This document shows positions 1 through 8,366 of a stretch of DNA of 51,309 nucleotides, one piece after another. The notes beneath the pieces are model-generated. The model worked only from the letters and a program-made list of their open reading frames with translations, was not told where the DNA came from and searched no databases. Each line of letters begins with the position of its first letter. Position 1 is the first letter of the stretch. This DNA comes from an uncultured Methanosarcinales archaeon (GTDB lineage Archaea; Nanobdellota; Nanobdellia; Woesearchaeales; ARS49). Made by a program: the position numbers and the translations under genes. Location: positions 1 through 51,309 of the forward strand of contig CAZWVL010000009.1 of NCBI GenBank assembly GCA_964637115.1, read 5' to 3'.

Positions 1-608
1 GTTTTTGCCTGCACTGAGACCGGCGAGTTCATGTAGCGGTGGACAAGAGAGCGCAATCTAGGTGATAATGTTGCGCTGAAGAGAAGTGTCTGGCGGTGTT
101 TTGGCGTATGTCGTAAAATTCTTTCGACGTCATCGATGAATCCCATGTCAAGCATTCTGTCAGCTTCGTCAAGAACAAGGTATCGCACAGAGCTGAGTTT
201 GAGTCCGCGCTCAATCAAGTCAAGAAGTCTTCCTGGTGTTGCAACAACAACATCTGCAGTGCGGAGGGCGTTGATTTGCTGTCCAATCCCGACTCCGCCA
301 TATACTGGAACAGTTTTGACTGAAAGATATTTCGCAAATCCATTGAGCGCTTCACTCACCTGAACGCACAATTCACGTGTCGGCGTCAGAATTAATGCCT
401 GGACTCCTTGTCCGTGTGTTAATTTGCTAAGCATCGGAAGCCCAAAAGCTGCAGTTTTTCCAGAGCCTGTTTCTGAGTGTCCAATAATGTCTTTTCCTGA
501 AAGAATCAATGGAATAGCTTTTTCTTGAATAGGCGTTGGCGCGTGATAGCCTTGGTCGTGTATAGCTTTCAGTAAGGGGGCTGGTAGTTTAAAATCGGAA
601 AATTGCAT
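1..608 (-). CDS. DEAD-box RNA helicase (N-terminal part; runs off the window start)
   Basis: Manual translation from ATG at 608: MQFSDFKL...PTPIQEKAIP (Q motif), ETGSGKT (Walker A), PTREL, TPGRL, LDEADRMLDMGF, LFSAT. Not in the ORF track because there is no stop in the window. Confidence 0.96.
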   Translation of the reverse strand, partial: MQFSDFKLPAPLLKAIHDQGYHAPTPIQEKAIPLILSGKDIIGHSETGSGKTAAFGLPMLSKLTHGQGVQALILTPTRELCVQVSEALNGFAKYLSVKTVPVYGGVGIGQQINALRTADVVVATPGRLLDLIERGLKLSSVRYLVLDEADRMLDMGFIDDVERILRHTPKHRQTLLFSATLSPRLRSLVHRYMNSPVSVQAK

Positions 609-709
609 GTGTGTACTCCATCTCTATTCTTTAAAATATATATCTGAGAATAGTAATAATCTTTCGAGAGCATTCATTTATAAATGTTTGTATGGAAAAC
701 GCGTGAGAC

Positions 710-1498
710 TTATGTTACCACACACGCTCCATCCACGCATCCGCGTGTGCATACATATTCAGCAATGTATCCTGCTTTGTAAGAATCTTTATCACAGACT
801 CCTTCTAGCAGTCCGTTTTCTTTCGGTATGCCAGGGCGGGTAGTGTATGGTAAATTATAATCTTTCAAACAAGTATCTGTCCAATTGGCAACAGTTGTTC
901 CGAACTTCACTCTTGTTGTTGTTCCTTTCAAAAATCTGTCATTGCCGTCAGAATCAATGCACCTGTCCGGTATCAAATCTGACGGATACCTGGCCAAATA
1001 TGCTTCAACAATTTCACGTTCGACAAAGTCAGGGCGGAAGGTTTCAATATAGACAAGTTTTGTGCCACTGGACCATAGCGCTGAGCGGTGGTCGTCTACT
1101 GTCAGATAGACTGCAATAAGATGTCCTTGGTGGCGGGTTATGCCTCTGTTGACAATCTGGTAAAGCTCGGAATTCAGAACAAAATCTAGTTCTGCGCGTG
1201 TTGAAAACTCGAACACGTTTACTAGGACAGTCGTGCTGCGTGATTGGTATCTGGCGTCGTATCGTTCAACTGGGATGATGCCAAATTTATCCCAGACCGC
1301 ATCTGTCAGCATAAGTGAGAAATGAGCAATTGCTTTGTTGATGATGTTGTCGTTTAGATTGCCAAGCAATGCAGCATCCCGTCTGACCGTTGTTTGTTCA
1401 AATGGTGTTGGCGCAACGGTGGGCGTGGGTTCAGGTGCGGGCTGCTGAGATGCACAGGCTATTAATAGAAGCAGGAAAAGAATTTTTAATATTTGCAC
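710..1498 (-). CDS. Lipoprotein-like surface protein with C-terminal Cys-rich CxDSDG domain
   Basis: GTG at 1498 behind AGGA. Hydrophobic stretch ends in LIAC (lipobox-like), then a Pro/Thr linker. C-terminal CIDSDGND...DTC...EGVC...CTRGCVDGAC. Confidence 0.7.
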   Translation of the reverse strand: MQILKILFLLLLIACASQQPAPEPTPTVAPTPFEQTTVRRDAALLGNLNDNIINKAIAHFSLMLTDAVWDKFGIIPVERYDARYQSRSTTVLVNVFEFSTRAELDFVLNSELYQIVNRGITRHQGHLIAVYLTVDDHRSALWSSGTKLVYIETFRPDFVEREIVEAYLARYPSDLIPDRCIDSDGNDRFLKGTTTRVKFGTTVANWTDTCLKDYNLPYTTRPGIPKENGLLEGVCDKDSYKAGYIAEYVCTRGCVDGACVVT

Positions 1499-2001
1499 GG
1501 TCCTGGTGCAACGTCGATTATTTGTCCTGATGAGCCGCAAACTCTTTGGCATACAGTGCGTGCTTGTCCTTCATTGTCTGCTGTGATGCCTTCTGTTGGG
1601 CAGCTGCAAGTGTAGCATTCTTGTCCTTGCGATCTGTGTAGTGTTGTTCCTGATTGGCAGTCAGCTAAGCATCCTCTTAGTTCAGCTCCTCCAAGTGGCT
1701 GTTGTCCAATACGTGGCCTGCCGCCTTCTGTTCCGAAGCATTGTGATTGGCAGTCTGTTACGCTGCCCTGAGTGCCTATCATGTATTGTCCTGGCTGGTC
1801 TTCTGGGGGCACCATGCCATTGCCGTAAGGTTCATAATAGCTTTGGAACTGGCTTGGATTGAGTGGAATATCTTGATATGGCGCTCCCCTGTATGCCATG
1901 CCTGTTGGTTTGTCAGCAAGCATTGTGTAAGTCAGGCCGACTAATGCTATTATTGCAAATGCGAGAAAGAAGTATAGTTCTACGTTTCCTCTTTTTGACA
2001 T
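1486..2001 (-). CDS. Membrane-anchored Cys-rich protein with class III (prepilin-like) signal peptide
   Basis: MSKRG followed by a hydrophobic helix, then PTGMAY. C-terminal CQSQC, CLADC, CYTCSC and CQRVC motifs. Confidence 0.65.
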   Translation of the reverse strand: MSKRGNVELYFFLAFAIIALVGLTYTMLADKPTGMAYRGAPYQDIPLNPSQFQSYYEPYGNGMVPPEDQPGQYMIGTQGSVTDCQSQCFGTEGGRPRIGQQPLGGAELRGCLADCQSGTTLHRSQGQECYTCSCPTEGITADNEGQARTVCQRVCGSSGQIIDVAPGPCKY

Positions 2002-2066
2002 TGATTGCTTGATAATGTTGTTATTTAAAAATGTTTGGAAAAACCATCGAGAAGTTTGTTAAAGAA

Positions 2067-2351
2067 TTAATTAACGCTTAGCATCTCATTGCGTTCTTTG
2101 CGCCAGAGTTCAAGTTGTTTCATGATCAGTTTGATTACTTTCATAATTGATACTTTGTCAAAATCTACACTGATGAATATTTCGAACTGTGAGTGTAGGT
2201 TATCATCTGTGAACAGGGCGAGTGCTGTTTTTAAGTCCTCGCTGCTTGAGAATCCTTGTTTCAGAAGTGCTTCCAGCGCATCGATATGTTCCTGTATTTC
2301 GTGCACTGCCAGCCCTTTTCTTGCCGGCATCCTGACGGTTGTGTCTGCCAT
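2067..2351 (-). CDS. Hypothetical helical protein
   Basis: 94-aa ORF co-oriented and closely spaced with neighbours; no recognised motif. Confidence 0.6.
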   Translation of the reverse strand: MADTTVRMPARKGLAVHEIQEHIDALEALLKQGFSSSEDLKTALALFTDDNLHSQFEIFISVDFDKVSIMKVIKLIMKQLELWRKERNEMLSVN

Positions 2352-2386
2352 AAGATTGAGAATGTATTGCTCGTATAAAAACGTTA

Positions 2387-2791
2387 TCAGAATTCTCTTT
2401 CTTTTCTATCAACATCATAATCAACAACTGGATGTCTATGGACACCAAAGAAATCCCATCCTCTCTGTTGCTGATATTTTTCAATTATCTTGTCGTGTTT
2501 TTTTCTCATTGCTATTGCCGTTAAAACTGTTGCTGCCAGTCCGATGCCGAAACCTAATGGGCCAAATGGCGGCGTTTTCTGTGGTTCTTCTTTCACCGGC
2601 GTTCCATAAAGCGTTGGATCGCAGTACGCTCCTGGCGGTCTTTGCCTATATGTTTTTCCTTGTATGACTATGTATTTTGACGTATCTTCAGAAGCTGAGG
2701 TAAAAGCAGGATACTTGACTTTTTTCTCAAGGTCGTCTCCTCCACCCATCAAAAGCAATGCAAGTGTTGCTGTTTTCAATATTAATCCCAT
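2387..2791 (-). CDS. Hypothetical membrane protein
   Basis: N-terminal hydrophobic segment plus a second TM-like segment (GFGIGLAATVLTAIAM). Confidence 0.6.
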   Translation of the reverse strand: MGLILKTATLALLLMGGGDDLEKKVKYPAFTSASEDTSKYIVIQGKTYRQRPPGAYCDPTLYGTPVKEEPQKTPPFGPLGFGIGLAATVLTAIAMRKKHDKIIEKYQQQRGWDFFGVHRHPVVDYDVDRKEREF

Positions 2792-2892
2792 GTTTCCGCT
2801 GTGCTATAAAGTGCTTTTTATAATTTTGTATGCTGTACGCAATAACATTTATATATACTCAATCTTACAACTTTGCTAAAAGGTGATTATGA

Positions 2893-4020
2893 ATGAAGCG
2901 TATATTATATCTCATTGTTTTCTTGATTTCAGCGACTGCAGTCCTTGCTCAATATTGTCCTACTACTAAAGTTATTGATGGTGACCGCACTTATGAGATT
3001 CATTTGAATGACAGGGAGAGGCAGATCTGGGTTGATTTTGGTAATAATCAGGCTAAGGCTGAGCGCTTGATGCATGGTCGCGGCTCTGAAGGCATTAATG
3101 CCATTAACGGCTGGCAGATTTTACAGATGCTTAATCGCAGGATAGAGCAGGCAAAAGAGCAGAATAAGGTTTTGCTTTCAAGAATGTTGTTGGAGAAAAA
3201 ATGTCCCAACGTTCGTCCCGTTGATGCTTTGGGTCAGTGCAAGGGTCAGGTTATTATGAGCCCTGAATGGCGTGATTCAGTGGTTTTCAGGCCCGAGGGC
3301 GTTTATGCTGCTGCTCTTACTATTACTACACACGGTCTTGGAGAGTGCAGTTATTTTGGGCAGGATATCGTGCCAAAAGTGAAAAAACAGGTTGTTCAGA
3401 AGATTGTTGAGGAGAAGGGTCCATTTTTCGACTGCAATAACATTCCTCCCATTGCGTTCTGGTCAAGGTCATATACAAGCACTTACAAGGGCACGAGTGC
3501 CCAGTTCCGTGTTTATGCATTTAATGAGTGGGAGATTCATTGTGTGAATGTTGGCAGGACTTGGCAGGTTGCCAAGAAGGTTGAATACCAGGAATACCCA
3601 TCTATTCAGCCAGCTCCCGTTACTGGCGGTTCTGTTGGTAAGATTGAAACTATCAATAGGTTGCCGGAAGGTAGGCTTTCTGGTGTTATCAAGCTCATTA
3701 AGGGCATCGGTCCGAGTCAGGTGAATTACTTGGTTAGGGACATAGAGCTCAGGCAGGATCAGAAAGTGAAGTATGTTCAGAGTCCAACAGGTCTTGTTAC
3801 ACTTATTGAGCCTTTGTATGAAAGTTCCATAGGCAGAATTGAGGTAGTTAGAAAACTATCAGAAGGCAGGCGTTCTGGTATTATCGCGCGCATCAGTGGT
3901 GAGGGTTCATTGCGAGTGAATTATTTGGTTAGGGACATAGAGCTTAGGCAGGGTCAGAAAGTGAAGTTCATAGAAAGCACAACAGGTTTTGTTACGTCTG
4001 TTGAGCCATTGCAGCCTTAA
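2893..4020 (+). CDS. Secreted hypothetical protein with two C-terminal 65-aa repeats
   Basis: Signal peptide MKRILYLIVFLISATAVLA. VNYLVRDIELRQxQKVK occurs twice, 195 nt apart. GGTGA upstream. Confidence 0.75.
   Translation: MKRILYLIVFLISATAVLAQYCPTTKVIDGDRTYEIHLNDRERQIWVDFGNNQAKAERLMHGRGSEGINAINGWQILQMLNRRIEQAKEQNKVLLSRMLLEKKCPNVRPVDALGQCKGQVIMSPEWRDSVVFRPEGVYAAALTITTHGLGECSYFGQDIVPKVKKQVVQKIVEEKGPFFDCNNIPPIAFWSRSYTSTYKGTSAQFRVYAFNEWEIHCVNVGRTWQVAKKVEYQEYPSIQPAPVTGGSVGKIETINRLPEGRLSGVIKLIKGIGPSQVNYLVRDIELRQDQKVKYVQSPTGLVTLIEPLYESSIGRIEVVRKLSEGRRSGIIARISGEGSLRVNYLVRDIELRQGQKVKFIESTTGFVTSVEPLQP
3631..4017 (+). repeat. Intragenic tandem duplication, 195-nt period
   Basis: 3631-3825 and 3826-4017 align; GTGAATTA(C/T)TTGGTTAGGGACATAGAGCT is present in both copies. 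Confidence 0.9.
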
Positions 4021-4405
4021 TTATGCTTGACTTGTATTTGTCAGGATGGTATGCTCCTGCTCTGATAACGCGTGGGAAAACTCCTCTTTTTGCAAGCAGT
4101 TCTTTTAATTTTTCTTCTTTAACATTTTGATCGTATCCCAGGCAAATGACATCTGGTTTTTCCTGTTCTACAATTTTAAGTTTGTCGCCTTCATTTCCAA
4201 GCACTGCTTTGTCAACCATTGTTTGTGCAGTAACTTTTTCCAATCTTTCTTTTTCTCCAAACTGCAGTTTCTTTCCTTCTTTCAGCGCATTTGAATCTCT
4301 TGCTACTACAACAATGAGATAATCTCCAAATTGTTTTGCCTGTCTGAAATAGTCCAGATGTCCTGGATGCAGTATGTCAAATGTTCCCATGCACATTACC
4401 CTCAT
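3992..4405 (-). CDS. ribL: FAD synthase / cytidylyltransferase-family protein
   Basis: GTFDILHPGH (HxGH motif), LIVVVARD, PDVICLGYDQ, SSIIK. Confidence 0.85.
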   Translation of the reverse strand: MRVMCMGTFDILHPGHLDYFRQAKQFGDYLIVVVARDSNALKEGKKLQFGEKERLEKVTAQTMVDKAVLGNEGDKLKIVEQEKPDVICLGYDQNVKEEKLKELLAKRGVFPRVIRAGAYHPDKYKSSIIKAAMAQQT

Positions 4406-4482
4406 AGTCGTACTATACGTACGTCACACATATATCTTTCTTTCTTCTAGATAGAATTTATGTGGAAAGAACAGTGATGGAT

Positions 4483-4566
4483 GAGGATTGGTTGACGCGT
4501 GCGCAACTCCCCAATCCAACACGGGCCCCGTGCTGAGCGCAAAGCTATACGCCCTGGCCCCTCCTC
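4483..4566. other. GC-rich multi-hairpin intergenic element
   Basis: GGATTG/CAATCC (4485-90/4512-17) with inner GTTG/CAAC and CGC/GCG pairs; CACGG/CCGTG hairpin at 4520-4532; alternative closing GAGGA/TCCTC. Confidence 0.5.
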
Positions 4567-4576
4567 GTTGTTCTTT

Positions 4577-5275
4577 TTACTTTTTAGCAATCTTCCAAAG
4601 TAGGTCGAAGTGTTTTTTGTACATCTGCGCAACAAGTTTTGATTTAATTACGATTGCAGTTAATGTCGGTTCCCAGATGTTGATGTTGATTTTGTCCCCG
4701 TAGATAAATGTCGCAACTGGTCCGCTTAGCTCTTGGGACACATACCTTACGTCGGTATAGTATGGTGGCGGATTTTCTGTGTAAATTGCATAATATGGGA
4801 GTTTTTTGTTTTTTGCATCCCTTAGCCATTGCTGCGCAAAAACTGGTAGTTTTTCGCGAAGCTGTCCCTTGACACCAAATGCGTACAGAGGCTTGCCTTC
4901 TTTGAGCATATCTCTGAAAGATGCCTTCATTCCTTCATCTCCCTTGTATACCTCTACTTCTATGGCTTCTGCCGTCCGTTTGTGCAATTTTTTTATTTCA
5001 GGAAAAATGTTGTCAAGAACTTCCTGTTTTTCGCGCAACAAGGAATATAGGTTGTGCGGGTCTGAGGCGCGGTATTTCATCGTTTTTCCTTCTTTGAAGA
5101 ACGTGACAAGGCCCTTTTCCTTTAGTTGTTCAAGAATATCGTATATGTTTGTCCTGTGAAACCCGCATTCTTTTGAAATGTCCTTTACAGTGCACGTTCC
5201 AAGCTTCAGGACGCTGTAGTAAATGATTGATTCTGTTTCTGTCAGGCCTAATTCTGTGAGTTGTTCTTTGTTCAC
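4577..5275 (-). CDS. TrmB-family transcriptional regulator
   Basis: LTELGLTETESIIY...HRTNIYDILEQLKEKGLV wHTH, plus a C-terminal effector-type domain (IYGDKINI). Confidence 0.9.
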   Translation of the reverse strand: MNKEQLTELGLTETESIIYYSVLKLGTCTVKDISKECGFHRTNIYDILEQLKEKGLVTFFKEGKTMKYRASDPHNLYSLLREKQEVLDNIFPEIKKLHKRTAEAIEVEVYKGDEGMKASFRDMLKEGKPLYAFGVKGQLREKLPVFAQQWLRDAKNKKLPYYAIYTENPPPYYTDVRYVSQELSGPVATFIYGDKININIWEPTLTAIVIKSKLVAQMYKKHFDLLWKIAKK

Positions 5276-5372
5276 ATTCTTCTTCTGCCTTTCTTTCTAT
5301 ATAAAGTTGTCTATTTTTAGACACACATAATTGATATAGCCATTTTCATAACTACTTTATAGTGATAAAAAG

Positions 5373-6185
5373 GTGACAGAGATGACAGAAACACAGGGAT
5401 GGCAGAAGAGGAATGTCCGGTATGAGAATATTCACAGTGTCCAGCAGGCAGATTTCGATAAACTCATGGAAAGTCTTGAATTGACGAATAGCTTAGTTGT
5501 TGGCGATTTCATGGCTGGCTACGGAGCAGTCACGAGGGAAATCTGCAAATACGCCAATGAAAAAAAGCTTGATCTTTCAGTTGTTCTTAATGACAGATTT
5601 CCAGCGCAGCTTGAAAGGTCCAGACAGGAGCTGTCTGATGTTGTCGGCAGCACAAAGCTAGCCAGATGTCAGAGCGACATCAGGAATCTTTGTCTATCAG
5701 CTGATCAATTCGACAGGGTCGCAATAAAGATGGGTTTGCACGAACTGCCTCGCCATACTCAGCAGTCAGCAGTTAATGAGGTTTATAGAGTACTAAAACC
5801 AGGTGGCCTTTTTGCAGTCTGGGGCTTATTGGTCAATACTGCTGAAGAGCAGGATTTATTCAATAAGATCATAAGAAAAAAGGACGAGCTTGCGAGTTTC
5901 CAGAGTCTTGCCAGAGAAAGGTACTTCTACAGACAAGAAGAGCTTGAAAATTACATGGCTAAAGCAGGATTCAGGGAAATAACGGTTTGCCACGAAATGA
6001 CTTTTAAGGAAGATACACTTAAGCGTCTGGATGAATTTCAGAGTGATTCGACAAGGCTTCAAGCTTATAACGATTATATACGTCAGATTATGCCAGATTA
6101 TATGAAGCCCAGACTAAGCTATGAAGATAAAGGAAATGCCATATCGCTGGCTTTTAGGCTGGGAATAATGAAGGCTGAAAAGTAG
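5373..6185 (+). CDS. Class I SAM-dependent methyltransferase
   Basis: VVGDFMAGYG (motif I), QFDRV, EVYRVLKPGGLF. Confidence 0.85.
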   Translation: MTEMTETQGWQKRNVRYENIHSVQQADFDKLMESLELTNSLVVGDFMAGYGAVTREICKYANEKKLDLSVVLNDRFPAQLERSRQELSDVVGSTKLARCQSDIRNLCLSADQFDRVAIKMGLHELPRHTQQSAVNEVYRVLKPGGLFAVWGLLVNTAEEQDLFNKIIRKKDELASFQSLARERYFYRQEELENYMAKAGFREITVCHEMTFKEDTLKRLDEFQSDSTRLQAYNDYIRQIMPDYMKPRLSYEDKGNAISLAFRLGIMKAEK

Positions 6186-6188
6186 AAT

Positions 6189-6392
6189 TCACTTCGCTTT
6201 CTTCTGGAACTCAGTATATCCACAGCCGCCGCAATAAAGTCTATCCTTGTGTTGTGCCATGAAGAATCCCTGCCCGCACTTTGGGCAGCTTTTATTTTTG
6301 CGTTCCAATTTGTCGCCTTTTTTCTCGTACAGTTTCCAGGAGCCTTTTGTTGGCGGCCCTTTTTTCGCTGGTGCCTTTTTTGCGTCTGCCAT
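6189..6392 (-). CDS. rps27ae: 30S ribosomal protein S27ae (eS31)
   Basis: KNKSCPKCGQGFFMAQHKDRLYCGGCGYTE zinc ribbon, downstream of S24e. Confidence 0.96.
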   Translation of the reverse strand: MADAKKAPAKKGPPTKGSWKLYEKKGDKLERKNKSCPKCGQGFFMAQHKDRLYCGGCGYTEFQKKAK

Positions 6393-6394
6393 TA

Positions 6395-6688
6395 TTATGC
6401 CGCCGGAGCTGCTGGTGCAGCTGCTTTGACTTTCTTCTTTGGCTCTATTTTGTCAAGTTGTTCTTTGGTTGCGTACACGTCTGCTTCAAATGCCGCTTTT
6501 CCTCCTCCAAACGAACCGTAAATGTGTTTCATGACGATTAACTCTGCTGAAACGCCTAATTTCTTTGCAAGCTCTTCCTGTAATTGTTTGTTGCTTGGCG
6601 TCGCCGCTCCTACAAATGTTATCTCGCCTGTTACTTCCTGTCTTTTCAACAGATGGTTTTCTTTCTTGTTTTTGATGTTCAATTCCAT
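6395..6688 (-). CDS. rps24e: 30S ribosomal protein S24e
   Basis: KKENHLLKRQEV...ATPSNKQLQEELAK...IYGSFGGG. Confidence 0.95.
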   Translation of the reverse strand: MELNIKNKKENHLLKRQEVTGEITFVGAATPSNKQLQEELAKKLGVSAELIVMKHIYGSFGGGKAAFEADVYATKEQLDKIEPKKKVKAAAPAAPAA

Positions 6689-6877
6689 TTATGTCACCTT
6701 GATGGCATATTCTCCTTCTGCTTCTGCTCCAATCTTCTTGGCTATGCCTGATTGTTTTGAGTCAACAATGTAAATTCTGCCTTTCCAGTTTGTTACAGAC
6801 TGGCCGCTTTTGCATAGTGTGCATTCTTCTCCTTCGAAAAAGTATTTGCATTTTTTGCATGCTTTTTTCTTACTCAT
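6689..6877 (-). CDS. spt4: Transcription elongation factor Spt4 / RpoE''
   Basis: KACKKC...CTLC...NWKGRIYIVD..SGIAKKIG...GEYAIKV, directly after rpoE'. Confidence 0.95.
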   Translation of the reverse strand: MSKKKACKKCKYFFEGEECTLCKSGQSVTNWKGRIYIVDSKQSGIAKKIGAEAEGEYAIKVT

Positions 6878-6917
6878 TTCTCCACCTCTGGTGAAGAGTC
6901 ATGAAAATCGAAGATTT

Positions 6918-7505
6918 TCATGCTTCTTTCTTCTCCTTCTTGGCTTTCTTTTCTTCAGGTGCCTTGGCTGGTTCTTCTTCTACTGTTATCCATTCTAGTT
7001 TGCCCAGTCCTGGCTGCCTCATTGTCAAGCCAATCTTTGGATTTGTTACGTCTTTGAATGAAACTGCTATGACTCTTGCTCGGCACGTGTCTCCAACTTT
7101 TAGTACTCTTTTGCTATCTCTGCCGCTCAAAGTCTTGTCTTTTGCGAAGCTGACAAAGTCGTCCATTGTTTGTGAGATGTGTATCATTCCGTCAATTGGT
7201 CCCATTGTGATGAATGCTCCGAAGTCAGCTATGTCTTTTATCTTGCCGGTTATTACTTCTGACATTTCTGGTGTGAATGCGAGTAATTCAAATGTGGTGT
7301 CATAGTAGCTTGCGCCGTCTCCTGGAATTATGACTCCTTCGCCTATTTCTTTTACGTTTGCCACATCTATAACAACTCCCAGGCCGGGGTCTATCAAGCC
7401 GTCATATTTTTGCTTGACTGCTCTTAGTACTGCTTCGTTTACGTCAAACGCGAACAATCTTGGTGGTACTCTTATGTGGTCTTTTACTTCTACTTTGTAA
7501 AACAT
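6918..7505 (-). CDS. rpoE1: RNA polymerase subunit E' (Rpo7)
   Basis: KDHIRVPP, GVIIPGDGASYY, S1 domain FGAFITMGPIDGMIHISQ, KIGLTMRQPGLGK. Start taken as MFYKV behind GGAG. Confidence 0.96.
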   Translation of the reverse strand: MFYKVEVKDHIRVPPRLFAFDVNEAVLRAVKQKYDGLIDPGLGVVIDVANVKEIGEGVIIPGDGASYYDTTFELLAFTPEMSEVITGKIKDIADFGAFITMGPIDGMIHISQTMDDFVSFAKDKTLSGRDSKRVLKVGDTCRARVIAVSFKDVTNPKIGLTMRQPGLGKLEWITVEEEPAKAPEEKKAKKEKKEA

Positions 7506-7600
7506 TTGGGTCTCCATCAACAACGGCAGGACTAGAACCCCCCGTTATCTCATCTGTAGAGGGAAAACCAGAAGGGGGTTTATAAAGGTTTCGAAGGGAC

Positions 7601-7981
7601 TTATCTTTTGCGTAAATAGAACTCAAGTCGTATTTTGTCAGGGTCATCAAACCAAATGAACGGTTTTTTGCCATATTTGTCGATTTTGATGCCGCTGTTC
7701 TTGATCTTGTTATTGTTGAGAGTATTTTCCATGTGCTTTAATTCTTTAAGAGTGCGTACGCCAAATGCTAGATGATTTAGGCCAATACGGTCTGCATTGA
7801 AAGAATTGTTCTTGATTTTGTGATATGGCAACCCAAGAAACAATTTTGTTTGGCCGATCTTGTATGAAACAGAATATTTGTCCTGAGAATGTGGTCCTCC
7901 AAGAAAAGAGGAATAGAATTTTTTCGTGCGTTTGATATTTTTTACAGTTAAAACAATGTGATCGACAAATCTTGATTTCAT
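7601..7981 (-). CDS. VOC/glyoxalase-family protein
   Basis: VDHIVLTVKNIKRTKKFY, GLNHLAFGV, WFDDPDKIRLEF. Confidence 0.9.
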   Translation of the reverse strand: MKSRFVDHIVLTVKNIKRTKKFYSSFLGGPHSQDKYSVSYKIGQTKLFLGLPYHKIKNNSFNADRIGLNHLAFGVRTLKELKHMENTLNNNKIKNSGIKIDKYGKKPFIWFDDPDKIRLEFYLRKR

Positions 7982-7982
7982 C

Positions 7983-8366
7983 TCACGCCTTCACCACTGC
8001 CAGCTTCTTCTGCGCCCTGATGATAATAACATCCTGCTTTTTCTTCTTGAGCATTCTCTTCAGCGCCTGGTCCATGGTTGCAATAATATGATTCTCATCC
8101 GCTTTCTCCAGAAGTAATTTGTCGGTATGCCCGCCAGATGTTGCCAATATTGTGACGTGCTTTGTCATCAATATTATTTTCGCCAGTTTTGCCGCTCTGC
8201 CTTCGCTTTTGCCTCGCGCAATTATTGTATCCAATTCTTCCATTGTCCTGTCTAATATTGCAATTTCAAATGAGGTATCAAGAATTCGTGTCAGTTCAGA
8301 GTGTATGTCTATCTTGTGCTTGGCGCATTCTACAAGTAAGTTCGTGTCAACTAGTACGGTTTTCAT
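7983..8366 (-). CDS. PIN-domain ribonuclease (Fcf1/Utp24-like archaeal family)
   Basis: VLVDTN, DRTMEEL, HTDKLLL, IATMDQALK. Confidence 0.88.
   Translation of the reverse strand: MKTVLVDTNLLVECAKHKIDIHSELTRILDTSFEIAILDRTMEELDTIIARGKSEGRAAKLAKIILMTKHVTILATSGGHTDKLLLEKADENHIIATMDQALKRMLKKKKQDVIIIRAQKKLAVVKA

Noticed and set aside
4483-4566. FMN riboswitch upstream of ribL
   Set aside because: Lacks the conserved FMN riboswitch sequence blocks and lies upstream of the apparent ribL TATA box.
7520-7580. tRNA-like GGGGGGTTCTAGTCC upstream of rpoE1
   Set aside because: Resembles a T-arm only; no acceptor, D or anticodon arms can be built.
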